NCBI GenBank assembly: GCA_041743505.1
Contig: JBGTMQ010000019.1
Coordinates: 6,147 to 70,146 of the forward strand
Source: Candidatus Saccharimonadia bacterium
Lineage (GTDB): Bacteria > Patescibacteriota > Saccharimonadia > UBA4664
DNA: 64,000 nt
Direction: 5' to 3'
This document shows, one piece after another, positions 48,423 through 60,095 of this stretch. Made by a program: the position numbers and the translations under genes. Numbering within the stretch: position 1 is the first letter of the stretch; each line of letters opens with the position of its first letter. The notes below the pieces were generated by a model, which was not told the origin of the DNA, made no database searches, and saw nothing but the letters and a program-made list of their open reading frames with translations.

Positions 48423-49582
48423 CCAAGAGGGGAATTATGGAGTCAAAAGTTGACATCGGGCCGGCTGCACTCGAGGAGCATCGCCGCCTACAGGGCAAGC
48501 TCGAAATCCTCTCTAAAGCCCCGATCAAGGACGCCGCCGCGCTCAGCATTTACTACACCCCCGGCGTCGGCGCCGTATCCAGCTACCTCGCCGAGAACCC
48601 TGAGGACATGGCCAAATTCACCATCAAAGGCAACACCGTCGCCGTCGTCAGCGACGGATCGGCCGTCCTCGGTCTTGGCAACATCGGCCCGGCCGGCGCC
48701 GCTCCGGTCATGGAAGGCAAAGCCCAACTCTTTCGCGAGCTGGCCGGCGTCAACGCTTTCCCAATCGTGCTCGACACTCAGGACACTGAACAAATCATCC
48801 AGACCGTCAAAAACATCGCCCCCATATTCGGCGGCATCAACCTCGAAGACATCTCCGCCCCCCGCTGCTTTGAAATCGAACGCCGCCTCATCAATGAACT
48901 AGACATCCCCGTCATGCACGACGACCAGCACGGCACTGCCATCGTTGTCCTGGCCGGCCTCATCAACGCTGCCAAAGTCACCAGCCGCCAGGTCAAAGAT
49001 ATGCGCATCGTCATCATCGGCGCGGGCGCAGCCGGTATAGCCGTGGCCAAACTGCTCCACCGCTATGGCGTGGCCGACATCCTCATGATCGACCGCCAAG
49101 GTATCATTGCCCACGACCGCTCAGGCCTTAACGACTCCAAGCGCGAGCTCGCCGCCTTCACTAACCGCGACCACCGCACCGGCTCCCTCGACGACTCGCT
49201 CACCGGCGCCGATGTCCTCATCGGTGTCTCCGGCGCCGGCCTCATCACTGAAGACCAGGCCCGTCGTATGAACACCCAATCCATCGTCTTCGCCATGGCC
49301 AACCCGACGCCCGAAATCATGCCCGGCGTAGCCAAACGCGCCGGCGTCGCCGTCATGGCTACCGGCCGCTCCGATTTCCCCAACCAGGTCAACAACGCCC
49401 TCGGTTTTCCTGGCATCTTCCGGGGCGCCCTCGACCACGGCGTCCACCGTATCACCGAAGACATGAAACTAGCCGCAGCCGTTGCTCTGGCCGGAATCAT
49501 CACCGAGCCCACTCCAGAGCTCATCATCCCGTCACCGTTTGACCCTCGTGTGGTACCGGCGGTCGCTGCGGCCATCAAATAA
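48419..49582 (+). CDS. NAD(P)-dependent malic enzyme
   Basis: YTPGVG, DGSAVLGLGNIG, NLEDI, HDDQHGT, GAGAAG, NPTPE. Confidence 0.92.
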   Translation: MTKRGIMESKVDIGPAALEEHRRLQGKLEILSKAPIKDAAALSIYYTPGVGAVSSYLAENPEDMAKFTIKGNTVAVVSDGSAVLGLGNIGPAGAAPVMEGKAQLFRELAGVNAFPIVLDTQDTEQIIQTVKNIAPIFGGINLEDISAPRCFEIERRLINELDIPVMHDDQHGTAIVVLAGLINAAKVTSRQVKDMRIVIIGAGAAGIAVAKLLHRYGVADILMIDRQGIIAHDRSGLNDSKRELAAFTNRDHRTGSLDDSLTGADVLIGVSGAGLITEDQARRMNTQSIVFAMANPTPEIMPGVAKRAGVAVMATGRSDFPNQVNNALGFPGIFRGALDHGVHRITEDMKLAAAVALAGIITEPTPELIIPSPFDPRVVPAVAAAIK

Positions 49583-49995
49583 ATCAAAACATCAGTCAAA
49601 AGCCTGATCAGTTTCTTCATATGGCTCATGAGCAAGATGGTCCGCGCATGAGGTCACTGGACCTGCGCTACTACATGGCAATGGTTACGTTACCGGTACA
49701 GGAGTGTCTGTCCCGGTCAGGCCCTCGAAAAGGATCGTATCCGTAACTGTTGCGCTGCCGTGTGGCCTTAGAGTATTTGGCCATAATTGAAGTTCTTTGC
49801 AGAGTTTCAGTACATATGTGACCCCAGCCTTTGCCGTCATTCCTAAACCACCTTTCGTCATTTAGCGAAAAAGTCTTTGCCATAATATCAAAAATGCCTC
49901 AGAGAACTTTGGCCTCGAGGCATTATATAGTTACTTGGGGTTAGCCCCCGAAGTCGCTAGGCGACTCCGGGGACCCTGCCCTACTTCTGTTTCAG

Positions 49996-50547
49996 CTAGC
50001 GCCGGATACGCTCCGCGCACATTGCCGCCACCCCATCCGTGACACAGCGGGAAACAAAATGCATACCCGCCGGGCCGTAGACCCAGCCGGGGATTTCCCG
50101 GCCGTCACTTAGGGCCGGCCGGGAGGTTGCACCGGTCATGAGCTCACCCACGTTCTTGGTTACATATGCGCCGCCAGGGTAGACGTACAGCTTAGCGGCC
50201 AGGTCAGTCTTGAGCTGGGTTTCCTCTTCGACTGGAACGCCATCAACCGCCTTAGCCAGCAAAGCCTGAATCTCGTTGCCGAGCTGGATGGCCCGGTCGG
50301 ACTCCGCCTTGTTGTTGCGGGCGTCCAACTCGTTCACCTCGCGGTACGTTTTGAGGCTCGCCAGATCTTCGTTGTGCTGTTTCTGGAGCTCCCCGATCGT
50401 GGCCGAAGCCACCGCGGCCTGCTTCTGCAGGTCCTCGATCGTGTTCCCGCGAATAACCGCAAGGAACAAGAATACGACCGCCAGGGCAGCGAAAACGACG
50501 GCCAGGATCCACGGCAAGCTCAGGCGGGAAGAGGTTCGGGTTGTCAT
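49996..50547 (-). CDS. Membrane-anchored hypothetical protein (solo module)
   Basis: TM + coiled coil; promoter TTGACT-17-TACAAT ~50599-50627; hairpin ~49946-49972. Confidence 0.65.
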   Translation of the reverse strand: MTTRTSSRLSLPWILAVVFAALAVVFLFLAVIRGNTIEDLQKQAAVASATIGELQKQHNEDLASLKTYREVNELDARNNKAESDRAIQLGNEIQALLAKAVDGVPVEEETQLKTDLAAKLYVYPGGAYVTKNVGELMTGATSRPALSDGREIPGWVYGPAGMHFVSRCVTDGVAAMCAERIRR

Positions 50548-50633
50548 GAATTTCACCTTACTGAAGGGGCCCGTAGGCCAAAAAGTAGGATAATTAACAT
50601 TGTAGCATAAAATTGCCACAAAGTCAAATTAAG

Positions 50634-50660
50634 TTAGCACTCTTGACGCTTGAGTGCTAA
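50634..50660 (+). promoter_or_regulatory. CIRCE element (hrcA)
   Basis: TTAGCACTC-N9-GAGTGCTAA perfect. Confidence 0.95.
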
Positions 50661-50681
50661 ACCTCGTATAGTAGTAATATT

Positions 50682-51374
50682 ATGACGCCGCGCCAACAAG
50701 ACATTCTCAAAGCCATTGTTGAGCTCTACGCCGCCACTGCCGAGCCGGTCGGCTCATCGTCCTTGGCTGCCCAGTTCGAGATGTCCAGCGCCACTATTCG
50801 TTCCGAAATGGCCGAACTGGAGCGCCTAGGCTACATCATGCAGCCGCACATTTCCGCCGGCCGGGTGCCCACCGACAAAGGTTACCGGTCCTACGTCAAC
50901 GGCCTGGAAGACCGCCCCGGCGACACCCGCCACCAAGCCGCCCTCGAACGCCAGGTCCGCAGCTCCGGCGAGCTCGAGCGCTCCATCAAGAACGCCGTGG
51001 AGAGCCTAGCGCACGTCACTCGCAACCTTGGCCTTGGCACCATTGGCAACAACCTCTATCTCAGCGGTATGGCCGGGCTGTTCCAGCATCCCGAGTTCTA
51101 TGGCGGCCGCGAGGCCTATGAGGTTGCCCGCCTACTCGACAGCCTCGAAGAATGGCTACAGGAAGCCGCCCCCAACGATCCCATCAGTGTTTACATCGGC
51201 CACGAAAACCCCATCGGGCGCACTAGCGGCGCCACACTCATCATTAGCCGCTTCGAGTCGCCCTACAGTGCCCGGAGCTACATAGGCGTCCTCGGACCGA
51301 CCCGCCAGGACTACGGCTCAGTCATCGGCCTGGTGGGCTATACCGGCAGATTACTAGAGGAGACCTTAGCTTAA
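50682..51374 (+). CDS. hrcA: Heat-inducible repressor HrcA (short form)
   Basis: EPVGS, SSATIRSEM, QPHISAGRVPTDKGYR, GVLGPTRQDY. Confidence 0.92.
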   Translation: MTPRQQDILKAIVELYAATAEPVGSSSLAAQFEMSSATIRSEMAELERLGYIMQPHISAGRVPTDKGYRSYVNGLEDRPGDTRHQAALERQVRSSGELERSIKNAVESLAHVTRNLGLGTIGNNLYLSGMAGLFQHPEFYGGREAYEVARLLDSLEEWLQEAAPNDPISVYIGHENPIGRTSGATLIISRFESPYSARSYIGVLGPTRQDYGSVIGLVGYTGRLLEETLA

Positions 51375-51375
51375 A

Positions 51376-51903
51376 ATGACCAAGAAAGACCCCAAACAAT
51401 CCAGCGCCAAGCAGCGCAACCAGCAGCATACCGAAGTGCATGTTGAAACACACTCCGAGCAGCATACCTCGGGTGGCGCCAGTGACGTCCAAACAACCGA
51501 ACTCATGGCCGATCTCCAGCGTGTCCAGGCCGAATTTATCAACTACAAGCGCCGGGCCGAGCAAGAACGCGGCGAGATTATGACTGCCGCCAAAGCCCGC
51601 GTCGCCCGCGAGTTCCTCACTGTCCGCGACAGTTTCGACCAGGAACTAGCCCATCGCCCGGCCAAGATGGACGCAGCTTGGGCAGCCTCCATCGACAGCA
51701 TCCGCGCTCAATTTGACGCCGTCCTCAAAAACCTGGGCGTCGAACGCTTCGACAGCCTCGGCCAGCCATTTGATCCCCATCGCCACGAAGCCATTGCCAC
51801 CAACGGCGACGGGGACACCGTCATCGAGGAACTCCAGGCCGGCTATCAGCTGGGCGATACCGTCCTCCGCCACGCCATCGTCAGAGTAGGACAGCCTGAT
51901 TGA
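51376..51903 (+). CDS. grpE: Nucleotide exchange factor GrpE
   Basis: RVQAEFINYKRR, FDPHRHEA, GYQLGDTVLRHAIV. Confidence 0.92.
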   Translation: MTKKDPKQSSAKQRNQQHTEVHVETHSEQHTSGGASDVQTTELMADLQRVQAEFINYKRRAEQERGEIMTAAKARVAREFLTVRDSFDQELAHRPAKMDAAWAASIDSIRAQFDAVLKNLGVERFDSLGQPFDPHRHEAIATNGDGDTVIEELQAGYQLGDTVLRHAIVRVGQPD

Positions 51904-51961
51904 CATTCCCAAACCCAGGTGTTTAGCTATCACTAGCAATTAACTGGAAGAACCGAAAAAC

Positions 51962-52444
51962 ATGTCTATGCTCGCCGCGACTCCTGCATATTCCCCCGAT
52001 GAAGCCACCGCTACGGGCCTTATGGTCATCTTGCCGATAATGCTCGTCCTTTATGTCATTCCATCAATCATCGTCACCTGGAAGCTTTACACCAAAGCGG
52101 GCAAACCAGGCTGGGCAGCCATTATACCTGTCTATACCAACATGGTTATGGCCGAAATTGGCCAAAAACCGGTGGGGTTGGGTGTCGCCGCCGGTGTCCT
52201 GGGCCTTATCAGCAACATCAAATTTCCCGGCTCCAGTATACTCGCGCTCATCTCCTTGGTTCTCGTCATCGTGCTCGTCGTCGCCATGGCCCGCCAATAT
52301 AACCGTGGCGTCGGTTTCTGGATCAGCTATGTACTACTGCCAGTAATCACACTCTTCCTGGTTAAAGATACCAAGTACATTGGCGCCCAAGGCTCAGCAC
52401 CAGTAGCTACACCCGAGACGCCTGCCACACCACCATCTCAGTAG
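51962..52444 (+). CDS. DUF5684-like membrane protein
   Basis: WKLYTKAGKPGWAAIIP. Confidence 0.7.
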   Translation: MSMLAATPAYSPDEATATGLMVILPIMLVLYVIPSIIVTWKLYTKAGKPGWAAIIPVYTNMVMAEIGQKPVGLGVAAGVLGLISNIKFPGSSILALISLVLVIVLVVAMARQYNRGVGFWISYVLLPVITLFLVKDTKYIGAQGSAPVATPETPATPPSQ

Positions 52445-52544
52445 CAATATCCTTGTAGTATCGGAAAATCAATGCTATCTTACATGTGCCCTAGTTGACC
52501 GCTGCGTAAACACGCAGCTTGTTCATTGGAAGATGAGGTGTCGG

Positions 52545-53333
52545 ATGAGTGGTATGGCTATTATTGACAGGCTGGACATCCCCGGCGCAACCGTAGTCCG
52601 GCAAGACGGCAGTTTGCTGACCTTGCGTCTCGACAGCCCCCGCATGGGCCATGATTGCTCTACTAGGTATGATGAGGATGGCACTAACCACCACGATCAC
52701 GAAACACCCCTAGATGACCCGGTTGACTACTCAGGTGATCTAACAGTCCGCGCTTGGGACGTGCCGGTCGCCAAGGAATTTTTTGAGCGTATCTCCTCCA
52801 TCGCCGTCACCAATGCCGACGCGCATGAGGCCATCCATTTCCCCGGAATGTTTGATCCGTTGTGGCTAAGCCGGCTGCCGTTACCACCGTCGGAGCGCTC
52901 GACCTCTTTGACGAACTACGAAGGCTTCTGGCGGGGCGACGATGCTGATGCCTACAAAGATGTCGGCGCCCGGCTAACCCGGGTCCATGAGAGCATCGAC
53001 ACGCGTCATAGCGGGTGGTACAGTCTCGTAGCCCTGCACCTCGAGCACCTGATGGACTGCCAAGTACGGTCCGATATGTACCAGTCATCTGATGGCGACG
53101 ACTCGCTTCACCCCCACTTCGACAACTGGCTAGGGCTCATCACGCAAATGTCCGGGGAGAAAGTCTGGACGCTTTGGGAAGCGCCAGGTCAGCCTCCTCG
53201 CCAGCTTATCACCCGCGCAGGCGACGTGCTACTCATGCCGAAGACGGTGAAGCACGCCGTAAGCACCCCCGACTCATCGACCCACTTGGTCTTCACCATT
53301 ATGCAGCACAAGCCGCTTTTGCGCTCTGCATAA
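52545..53333 (+). CDS. JmjC/cupin-like 2OG-Fe(II) oxygenase
   Basis: LHPHFD, Q.SG.K.W, AGDVLLMP...HAV. Confidence 0.7.
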   Translation: MSGMAIIDRLDIPGATVVRQDGSLLTLRLDSPRMGHDCSTRYDEDGTNHHDHETPLDDPVDYSGDLTVRAWDVPVAKEFFERISSIAVTNADAHEAIHFPGMFDPLWLSRLPLPPSERSTSLTNYEGFWRGDDADAYKDVGARLTRVHESIDTRHSGWYSLVALHLEHLMDCQVRSDMYQSSDGDDSLHPHFDNWLGLITQMSGEKVWTLWEAPGQPPRQLITRAGDVLLMPKTVKHAVSTPDSSTHLVFTIMQHKPLLRSA

Positions 53334-53479
53334 GGCGGGGAAGGATAGCTCAAACAATGCCCGCAAGCGATGCCATCGTGCACTGCTTGCGGGCATCTTC
53401 TATAGAGGCGTTATTAAGTCAAATTACATATGTAGAATGACTTAATAGTCGTGGTACTGAGATCATACCGCCATTCTCG

Positions 53480-53506
53480 TTAGCACTCTTGACATGAGAG
53501 TGCTAA
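53480..53506 (+). promoter_or_regulatory. CIRCE element (dnaK)
   Basis: TTAGCACTC-TTGACATGA-GAGTGCTAA perfect, overlapping -35. Confidence 0.95.
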
Positions 53507-53563
53507 TTTTTTAGTATTAGCTCAACGGATTCATCATCCCCATTTACGTTCAAAGGAGAAATT

Positions 53564-55486
<1,923 letters not shown>

Positions 55487-55580
55487 AAACAAGTGAAGGC
55501 GAACCTGCCATCTAAAGATGGTTCGCTTGCGCCACTCCATTGCGTCAAGGTCGATATAACTAGACATACCTTCAACAAGG

Positions 55581-55679
55581 TACTGGAATTTTTCTAGTCG
55601 ACAGCCATGGGCTCATTAATTTTGCCTACCCCAAGCCACATAAAAGGGGAAGAGGCGCCTTACTAGAAAAATTCCAGTA
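55581..55679. repeat. ~100-bp element bounded by a perfect 18-bp inverted repeat
   Basis: TACTGGAATTTTTCTAGT / ACTAGAAAAATTCCAGTA. Confidence 0.65.
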
Positions 55680-55774
55680 GGTACTCAAACATAAAAGTAA
55701 ATTCTTCAGTCCCAAACCCACCCCACAAGCATGTATCGCCCTCGCCAAATTTAGACCAAAGGACAAAGAGGTAG

Positions 55775-56632
55775 ATGAGCCAAGAATTAGTGATCCGCTC
55801 CCCCCAATCCAAAGAGTTTCAAGCCATCCGCCGGCTGCGTTACGAGATTTTGGATCAAGACAAGGGTATGGAGCTCAAGACTATCAGCAGGACGGACGAC
55901 ATGCCGGCCACTGTTCATATGGCTGCCTTCATTAACAGCGAAGTAGTCTGTACCATCCGCCTAAATCCGCTCGAGGACGATCCAGCAGTATACTTGGTCC
56001 GACGAATGGCTACCAGCATAAACTACCAGGGGCAGGGAATCGGCGCCAAAGTACTACGAGCCGCCGAAGCCGAGGCTATCCGGCGAGGCGCCAAAGGTTT
56101 TGTACTGGACGCGCGCGAAAAGGCAGTCGCCTTCTACGCCCGGGCCGGTTACTGGCCGACCGGCCAGCGGCCAATTCACGCTGGAGATGTTAATATCACC
56201 ATGGTAAAGTCAGCCCCAGGAATCAACCAAGACTTCCACCCGCCCATCTCCATCAAAAGCGTTGTCTTCGAAGATAACCGGGTCTGGCTGCGCCGGAACG
56301 AGTTCAACAAATGGGAGCTACCCGGCGGCCGCCTCGAGAATGGCGAGCAGCCGGTGGAAACAATCATCCGCGAGCTGAACGAAGAGCTGGGCATAGAGGC
56401 ATCAGTTGAGCGGTTATTGGATACAACGGTCTGGTACAAGAATTGGGGTAAAAATCACGAGATAATGATTATCAGTTATCTTTGCCGGCTCAAGCGCTGC
56501 GTAGGAGGGGTCGAACATATTGGCGAAGCCGGCCCGGCCGAATTTCGCACTTTCGCGCTCGACGAGCTGGCCGACCTCGATCTGCCTGAGCCGTACCGCA
56601 GGGCAATTTCTTTGAGCAAAAAGGCAGCTTAA
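55775..56632 (+). CDS. GNAT acetyltransferase-NUDIX hydrolase fusion
   Basis: YQGQGIGA..FYARAGY; WELPGGRLENGEQP....RELNEELG. Confidence 0.85.
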   Translation: MSQELVIRSPQSKEFQAIRRLRYEILDQDKGMELKTISRTDDMPATVHMAAFINSEVVCTIRLNPLEDDPAVYLVRRMATSINYQGQGIGAKVLRAAEAEAIRRGAKGFVLDAREKAVAFYARAGYWPTGQRPIHAGDVNITMVKSAPGINQDFHPPISIKSVVFEDNRVWLRRNEFNKWELPGGRLENGEQPVETIIRELNEELGIEASVERLLDTTVWYKNWGKNHEIMIISYLCRLKRCVGGVEHIGEAGPAEFRTFALDELADLDLPEPYRRAISLSKKAA

Positions 56633-56894
56633 GCCTCCCCCACAGTCAGAACCAGTACAATCGCTCCAACATAACAAGGCAAATGCTGGCGGGAGGAGTC
56701 GGCCTCCTAGGTTATTGGCGCGCACAAAGAAGGCAAGCCAGCAACATTTAGTAGGTACTCAAACAAACTAATTGAATCGGCCCGGGGCCCGCATGCTATC
56801 CAATATTGACTAACCCCCAGCATCTTGATAATATTATCTTGCATCGCCCCGTGTTGCTCGCCAGAGCTCAGCGGGGTATTTTTTTGGAGAATTT

Positions 56895-57530
56895 ATGAAA
56901 ATTTATATTGATGGCGAAAATTTCCGCCATAAGGCAGTAGATATATTACAGTCCGGCCGCATTATCGCCAATTCCCGCGAAATGGGGAAGTATCCCTTGC
57001 GCAAGCTCCTCGAAGACGTCCTGGCCTCAAAGGATGTAGAAATTGTCTACTACTCTTCTCGGCTAAAACTACCCCGTGGCTACCAGCCCTCAGACCAAAT
57101 CCTCGAAAAAGCCGAAATCATCAAAGAATTCAACCGGCATTGGGTCGCCCAGCTAAGAACTCAAAACATCCAGCACATCAAAGCCGGCTACCTAAAAGTT
57201 AAAAATGCCGATTCGTGCCCCAATTGCGGTCACCGGCAAGAGATATTGCAAGAGAAAGGCGTGGACGTCCGCATCGCTGTCGATCTCATCACCGACTCAC
57301 ACGACACCGATAGCAAAACCATTGCTCTCATGAGCTCAGACAGTGATCTCATCCCGGCCCTCGACCGCATCCAACGCTCAGGCATTAAGGTAATTTATAT
57401 TTGTTTTGCCAACGCCGTAAACCAAGCCATGAGCTCAACTGCCGATGAAACCATTACCATCCCGACTGCCAAAGTCCGGCAAATATACCAGCATGCGACA
57501 AACGAAGATCGCCCGGCTGGCAGGGAATAA
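56895..57530 (+). CDS. NYN (LabA/DUF88) domain ribonuclease-like protein
   Basis: IYIDGEN, QEKGVDVRIAVD, SSDSDLIP. Confidence 0.88.
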   Translation: MKIYIDGENFRHKAVDILQSGRIIANSREMGKYPLRKLLEDVLASKDVEIVYYSSRLKLPRGYQPSDQILEKAEIIKEFNRHWVAQLRTQNIQHIKAGYLKVKNADSCPNCGHRQEILQEKGVDVRIAVDLITDSHDTDSKTIALMSSDSDLIPALDRIQRSGIKVIYICFANAVNQAMSSTADETITIPTAKVRQIYQHATNEDRPAGRE

Positions 57531-57586
57531 CCCTTCACCAGCCTGCTTATGCTCCACAAAGCAAACGTTATGCGCTATTATGGCTG

Positions 57587-58036
57587 ATGAAGAATTCTCA
57601 CCCTCAACTTATTCGCGAGACGCTGCTCGACCTGGTTCTCGTCGACCAGGGCGGAGCCATTTGGCTTCAACAAGGCAAAGAATATAACAGCGATTGGCGA
57701 CTCATCGACCGCCAAACCACCACCGCCGATCTCATAGACTATGCCTATGAGCAACTCACCGGCCTGGGCTTTCTCGTGCATGAATTAACCCTATTGCGCG
57801 AGGGCTCCACCTTCTGGACCTACGAGGGCAAGCATAAACGAGCCCATCACGCAGTTATCCTAGCCGAGGTAAATTACGCCTACCCGCCGACCGAAACATC
57901 CACCCACTACCTGGGAGCCTTCCCGTATAACGAAGCGGCCGCCATTCCTCAGCGCTTTTTCTCCGACCTGCGTCTCTTAAACGACCCCGCCATCGAGGCC
58001 GCCAGCCGCCGCATTCAGCAAAACAGGCTCGCGTAG
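57587..58036 (+). CDS. Hypothetical protein (degenerate NUDIX-like)
   Basis: ORF with host-like codon use. Confidence 0.5.
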   Translation: MKNSHPQLIRETLLDLVLVDQGGAIWLQQGKEYNSDWRLIDRQTTTADLIDYAYEQLTGLGFLVHELTLLREGSTFWTYEGKHKRAHHAVILAEVNYAYPPTETSTHYLGAFPYNEAAAIPQRFFSDLRLLNDPAIEAASRRIQQNRLA

Positions 58037-58097
58037 CCATTCTATAGTTGACGGTTATGCATACTTTCAAGTAGGGTGACAGGTAAGGAGGTTAGTT

Positions 58098-58919
58098 GTG
58101 ACCATAACTATCTCATCTCGCTCGCTGCTTATCGCAGCCGGTGCAGTTGTCGCAATTGCTGGACTCGCTGTGGCCCTCAGCGTCTATGCCCGCAACGCCG
58201 AACCAAAGCGGGCCAGCCTGTTCGACGCCGATAAAAAAGCCATTGCCATGCAGCTGGTCTCAAGTGCCGAAAACTCCACCCTGGACTGGAAGGGTCAGTA
58301 TGGCTTCATCAAAGACATTGGTGACGGCCGCGGTTATACCGCCGGCATTATTGGCTTTACCTCTGCTACGCACGACATGCTGGCACTGGTGAAGCACTAT
58401 ACCTCTACTTCTCCCGGCAACGTCCTGGCCAAATACCTGCCCGCCCTCGAAAAAGTTGACGGCACGCCCTCGCACGAGGGCCTCGATCCGGACTTTGTCA
58501 CCGCTTGGAAGGACGCCGCCACCGACCCCAAGTTCCAGCAGGCCCAGGACCATGAACGCGACCGGCTATACTTCGAGCCGTCAGTCGACCAGGCCATCGC
58601 GGACGGACTGGGTGCGCTTGGCCAGTTTATGTACTACGATGCAACCGTTGTGCATGGTCCTGGTAATGAAGACATCAGCTTTAGCGGCATCCGGAAGGCC
58701 GCCATGAAAAAAGCCAAAACGCCAACCGATGGTGGCGACGAAGCCAAATATCTCAACGCCTTCTTGGATGCCCGTCGCATAGTCATGCTCAAAGAAACTG
58801 CCCATCAAAATACCGACCGGGTCGATCTCGGCCAGCGTAAATTCCTCCGCGAAGGTAACCTTGAACTTAAGCCACCACTCAAATGGACCACCTACGGCGA
58901 TCGGTTCTCAATCAAATAG
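58098..58919 (+). CDS. csn: GH46 chitosanase, N-terminally anchored
   Basis: LVSSAENSTLDW..QY..I.DIGDGRGYTAGIIGF, YYDATVVHG; Streptomyces-type. Confidence 0.9.
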   Translation: MTITISSRSLLIAAGAVVAIAGLAVALSVYARNAEPKRASLFDADKKAIAMQLVSSAENSTLDWKGQYGFIKDIGDGRGYTAGIIGFTSATHDMLALVKHYTSTSPGNVLAKYLPALEKVDGTPSHEGLDPDFVTAWKDAATDPKFQQAQDHERDRLYFEPSVDQAIADGLGALGQFMYYDATVVHGPGNEDISFSGIRKAAMKKAKTPTDGGDEAKYLNAFLDARRIVMLKETAHQNTDRVDLGQRKFLREGNLELKPPLKWTTYGDRFSIK

Positions 58920-58942
58920 CCGGCTACAACGAACTACTTAGG

Positions 58943-58969
58943 TTGGCACTCTCATACTCAGACTGCTAT
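58943..58969 (+). promoter_or_regulatory. Degenerate CIRCE (dnaJ)
   Basis: TTGGCACTC-N9-GACTGCTAT overlapping TATAAT. Confidence 0.75.
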
Positions 58970-58989
58970 AATTGGTCCTGTATTTAGAC

Positions 58990-60081
58990 ATGCCAACCAA
59001 ACGCGATTATTACGAAACCCTGGGATTATCCAAGTCCGCCACCGCGGATGAGATTAAGCGTGCCTATCGCAAACTGGCTATGGAGCACCACCCCGACAAA
59101 CATGGCGGAGATGATGCCCAGTTCAAGGAAGTCAGTGAGGCCTATGAAGTCCTCAAAGATGACCAGAAACGGGCGGCCTACGACCAATTTGGTCATGCCG
59201 GCGCGCAGGGCAATCCGTTTGGCGGCGGCCAGAATGCCGGCGCCGGCTTCGATTTCAATGGCGCCGGCTTCGACTTCAGCGACATCCTCAACCAATTCAT
59301 GGGCGGCGCCGGCGGCCAACGCTCTGGTCCGGCCCGCGGCCGCGACCTTGAGGTTAGTGTCGTCATCGAGTTCATGGAGGCGGTCAAAGGCGTCGAAAAA
59401 GACATCAGTCTAACGCTCGACGACACCTGCGAACGCTGTAGCGGCGACGGCGCCGAGCCGGGCGCCAGCCTCAAAACCTGCGCCACCTGCCAGGGTCAGG
59501 GCCAGGTCCGGCGCGTCCAGCAGACCATCCTGGGCGCCATCCAGCAAGTGTCCACCTGCCACACCTGTGATGGTCGTGGCAAGGTGCCGGAAAAGCCTTG
59601 CACAGTCTGCCGCGGCTCCGGCGTCATGCGTCGGCAGCGCACCATTTCCGTGCGCATCCCGGCCGGCATCGATGACGGCGCCACCATGCGACTATCGGGC
59701 AAAGGCGCGGCCCCCAAGGGCGGCGGGCCCAAAGGCGATTTATACGTCCAGGTCCGCGTCCGCCCGGACAAGCGGTTTGAGCGCCGCGGCAGCGAGATCC
59801 TAAGCAGTGTCACCGTACCAATGGCTCCGGCTGCGCTAGGCACCGACGTACCCGTAGAAACGGTCGACGGGCCGGTCACGCTCAAAATACCGGCCGGTAC
59901 CCAGAGTGGCAAAGTCTTCAAATTCAGCGACCGGGGGATGCCCAGCCTATCCGGCCGCGGCCGCGGTGATCATCTTGTAACGGTCATCGTCGAAACTCCG
60001 GGCAAGCTCACCGCCAAGCAGCGCGAATTATTGGAGCAATTCGTGGGCGAAAGCAGCAAAAAAGGCTTTTTCAGGCGCTAA
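58990..60081 (+). CDS. dnaJ: Chaperone DnaJ
   Basis: HPD J-domain, G/F region, four CxxCxGxG. Confidence 0.96.
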   Translation: MPTKRDYYETLGLSKSATADEIKRAYRKLAMEHHPDKHGGDDAQFKEVSEAYEVLKDDQKRAAYDQFGHAGAQGNPFGGGQNAGAGFDFNGAGFDFSDILNQFMGGAGGQRSGPARGRDLEVSVVIEFMEAVKGVEKDISLTLDDTCERCSGDGAEPGASLKTCATCQGQGQVRRVQQTILGAIQQVSTCHTCDGRGKVPEKPCTVCRGSGVMRRQRTISVRIPAGIDDGATMRLSGKGAAPKGGGPKGDLYVQVRVRPDKRFERRGSEILSSVTVPMAPAALGTDVPVETVDGPVTLKIPAGTQSGKVFKFSDRGMPSLSGRGRGDHLVTVIVETPGKLTAKQRELLEQFVGESSKKGFFRR

Positions 60082-60095
60082 TCAGACCAAAATCT

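Noticed and set aside
49671-49883. 70-aa ORF or structured leader
   Set aside because: No RBS or recognisable motif; the adjacent hairpin alone is insufficient.
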